A stretch of DNA of 64,000 bases from the NCBI GenBank assembly GCA_964630595.1, contig CAZVVT010000001.1:399383-463382 (forward strand), given 5' to 3'. This document shows positions 61,743 through 64,000 of the stretch, one piece after another; position 1 is the stretch's first letter, and each line of letters starts with the position of its first letter. Source of the stretch: an uncultured bacterium (lineage in GTDB: Bacteria > Chlamydiota > Chlamydiia > Chlamydiales > VFKH01). The notes beneath the pieces were generated by a model, which was not told where the DNA came from, did not search any database, and worked only from the letters and a program-made list of their open reading frames with translations. Position numbers and translations under genes: made by a program.

Positions 61743-63169
61743 GCAGCAGCAACCTCTACATCATCGAAGGGAGTTTGGTGACCGCGGAAGATCTGCGTTG
61801 TCTCATGACCTTTGCCGGCAATAATGATCACATCCCCTTTCTTGGCCTCTCGAATGGAAAGAGCAATCGCGCTGGCTCGATCGAGCTCCACGGTAACATT
61901 GTCTCTCTGCTGAATACCGGAGAGAATATCGCGTGCAATCGCTTCGGGATCTTCGCTGCGCGGATTGTCCGAAGTGACAATCACTCGGTCTGCCCACTCA
62001 GCAGCCACCTTTCCCATCAAGGGCCTCTTGCCCTTATCGCGATCACCGCCGGCGCCAAAGACCACAAACAAACGACCCGCATTTTCCATCTCGCGCACGG
62101 TGCGCAGCACATTCTTCAACGAATCATCATTGTGCGCATAGTCCACAAACAGATGCACACCCCGCTTGTTCTCCACTCGCTGCAGCCGTCCACGCACGGT
62201 GGAGAACGAAGAAAGCGCCTCAGCACATTGCTGCAAAGGCAAACCCCGATGCAGCCCTACTGCAATGGCCCCTAGCGCATTCAAAACATTGAAACGTCCC
62301 GGGATCGCCAACGTGAAGGGACAGCTCTGCTCGCCGTACACCAATTGGCACTCACTGCGATCGGCATAAAGCCTGACGTTTTCTGCGCGCAGATCAGCTC
62401 TTTCAGAAAAGCCAATCGTTAACGTCGGCGCATTGCTTTTCATCCGTCCAGCCCAAGGGTCTTCGAGGTTAATGACCGCCAGGCCGCCTGATTTCAGCTG
62501 CTGAAAAAGAAGGCTCTTGGCTTCGGCGTAGGATTCCATCGTCTTGTGATAGTCGAGATGGTCCTGTGTCAAATTCGTAAAAATCGCCACATCAAAGTCG
62601 ATCTGCGCTACTCGCTTCTGCACAAGGGCATGAGACGAGACCTCCATCGCGCAAGCACCACACCCATCAACCACCATCTCTTTTAGCAGCCGGTGGCAAG
62701 TCACCACATCGGGCGTCGTCATCGTTGCCCCTAGCCTACGCGTACGCGTCAGCCAATCCACCGTGCCAATGACGCCGCACGCCAAGCTGGCCTGATCGAG
62801 CAGATGTTTGATCATGTAGGTCGACGTCGTCTTCCCATTCGTCCCCGTCACCCCTACTACGAAGAGCTTGCGGCTGGGATCTTCAAACAAACGCGAGGCC
62901 AAAAAGGCCTCTGCCTCTGTCACATCGCTAGCCACAATTTGCACAACCTTAACCTGCGGATTGAACAAAGAACACAAAATCGCCACCGCTCCAGCATCGA
63001 GAGCTTTGGGAATAAAGTGGTGTCCATCTACCTGTGCGCCCCTTTTCGCCACAAACAAATGGCCCGGCGCGACTACTTGCGAATTCGACGTAATGCCGCT
63101 GACATCCACATCGCGATTGCCATACACCGTACAGCCCGGTAGCTCTTTAAGAAGGTCTTTCAGTTTCAT
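61727..63169 (-). CDS. murE: UDP-MurNAc-L-Ala-D-Glu:meso-DAP ligase MurE
   Basis: 480-aa ORF with the P-loop VGVTGTNGKTT, the Mur ligase middle and C domains, and DNPR (the DAP-specific motif) in TSDNPRSEDP. Confidence 0.92.
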   Translation of the reverse strand: MKLKDLLKELPGCTVYGNRDVDVSGITSNSQVVAPGHLFVAKRGAQVDGHHFIPKALDAGAVAILCSLFNPQVKVVQIVASDVTEAEAFLASRLFEDPSRKLFVVGVTGTNGKTTSTYMIKHLLDQASLACGVIGTVDWLTRTRRLGATMTTPDVVTCHRLLKEMVVDGCGACAMEVSSHALVQKRVAQIDFDVAIFTNLTQDHLDYHKTMESYAEAKSLLFQQLKSGGLAVINLEDPWAGRMKSNAPTLTIGFSERADLRAENVRLYADRSECQLVYGEQSCPFTLAIPGRFNVLNALGAIAVGLHRGLPLQQCAEALSSFSTVRGRLQRVENKRGVHLFVDYAHNDDSLKNVLRTVREMENAGRLFVVFGAGGDRDKGKRPLMGKVAAEWADRVIVTSDNPRSEDPEAIARDILSGIQQRDNVTVELDRASAIALSIREAKKGDVIIIAGKGHETTQIFRGHQTPFDDVEVAAACFAS

Positions 63170-64000
63170 TTACTTATTCCATGAATCGTACAGCTGGCGC
63201 AGCTTTTCTGTCTGTAGCAGCCAGTCGCCCTTCTCTTTGTCGCGGCGAGGATCACCAGATGGCCAGCCGTAGGGGTCATCGGGGCTCTCTCCAAGGAAGG
63301 AGAGAACGCGCGTGCCGATGAAGCGGAAGAGGGGCGCAGCGCATCTGCCGCCGCGGCTGTTTTTTCCCCAGCCGGGAATGTAGATAGCCGCCGGCTCATC
63401 CATCGAGATGATGAGAACAAAGCGTGGATGAGTCAGAGGGGCAAAACCGATGAAACTGGAGACGTTTTTGTCTTTGGCATAAACCCCATTCACAATCTTT
63501 TCTGTTGAAGCGGTTTTGCCGCATTCAGTAAAGCCGTAGATGTCCGCCAAAGAACACGACCCGCCCGGCTTTGTCGTGAACTTCATCGCATCAATGACCC
63601 GGCGCAGAATCGCTGCATCGATAATCGGCTCTGCACTGCGCTGCGGCTTCATTTCGTAGACGATTTTCTTTTCGCCGTGCGCATCGGTTTTTGTAATGCG
63701 CTTGATCAGCGTGGGCTTCACCAGGTAGCCTCCATTAGCAAAGGCGGCATAGACACGCATCACCTGAAGCGTTGTGGCTTGAATGTTGTGGCCCATCGCG
63801 AGCGAATAAGGCGTCGGAGTCGACCACTGCAACTTCCCGTTCTTATGCTTCTTGCCAAAACCGGGCAGCACACCCTCGCTCTCTCCGGGCAGCTCGATGC
63901 CTGTCTTGGTGCCAAATCCAAAGAGTGCGAGTTGGTCGTGATACCACTGCGCCCCCTTCGTATTGATGATGCGCTGCACCATACGCGCCACGTAGATGTT
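63170..64000 (-). CDS. ftsI: Penicillin-binding protein 3 / FtsI transpeptidase (3' part; gene continues beyond right edge)
   Basis: The frame is open to the window edge (NIYVARMVQRIINTKG...). The transpeptidase C-terminal motifs are present (SFIGFAP, the KTGT-like ECGKTAST). It abuts the murE start, giving the amiA-murE-pbp3 order. Confidence 0.85.
   Translation of the reverse strand, partial: NIYVARMVQRIINTKGAQWYHDQLALFGFGTKTGIELPGESEGVLPGFGKKHKNGKLQWSTPTPYSLAMGHNIQATTLQVMRVYAAFANGGYLVKPTLIKRITKTDAHGEKKIVYEMKPQRSAEPIIDAAILRRVIDAMKFTTKPGGSCSLADIYGFTECGKTASTEKIVNGVYAKDKNVSSFIGFAPLTHPRFVLIISMDEPAAIYIPGWGKNSRGGRCAAPLFRFIGTRVLSFLGESPDDPYGWPSGDPRRDKEKGDWLLQTEKLRQLYDSWNK

Noticed and set aside
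1-64000. Search for CRISPR arrays, rRNA genes, IS elements/transposases, prophage genes, a Ku gene and larger ncRNAs (tmRNA, RNase P, SRP RNA)
   Set aside because: There are no regularly spaced direct repeats and no rRNA-like segments. No ORF has a transposase/integrase-phage signature or a Ku signature. No intergenic gap exceeds ~230 bp, which leaves no room for large ncRNAs.

Overview
The window is a dense, about 90% coding chromosomal segment from a member of the phylum Chlamydiota. G+C is roughly 50-53% by hand counts, so it is probably an environmental, non-Chlamydiaceae lineage. The assignment rests on several chlamydial hallmarks. These are a small Cys-rich lipoprotein followed by a 60-kDa Cys-rich OmcB-type protein, two tandem NTT/Tlc ATP/ADP translocases, and a ytgABCD metal ABC operon with the permease::DtxR-repressor fusion (YtgCR). 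Gene blocks remembered from Chlamydia trachomatis add support: E1 alpha-beta fusion/dnaJ/rpsU, hemA next to the gyrB_2/gyrA_2-like pair, hrcA-grpE-dnaK, and amiA-murE-ftsI. I call about 57 CDS, one tRNA-Arg(CCU), five hairpin terminators, one TACAnnTGTA operator and a partial CIRCE site. No rRNA, CRISPR array, transposase or prophage is visible. The most unusual content: (1) two tandem signal-peptide proteins (42231-44227) that end in an orphan ShlB/TpsB-type POTRA domain with no beta-barrel. One carries a duplicated CCPQPCRCPxPCQCPSPCC module that echoes the CP-rich segments of the OmcA-like and OmcB proteins. (2) An AT-rich SIR2_2-like gene abutting a LigD that is split into three translationally coupled ORFs (phosphoesterase, ligase, polymerase), with no Ku in the window. 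(3) A BlaI/CopY-like repressor plus a sensor-less M56 protease with a perfect operator palindrome and an unknown downstream gene. (4) Several lineage-specific hypothetical proteins: a tandem paralog pair, an internally duplicated 410-aa protein and Inc-like hydrophobic proteins. All homology calls come from motif recognition by eye. Start codons were chosen by RBS and overlap logic and may be off.
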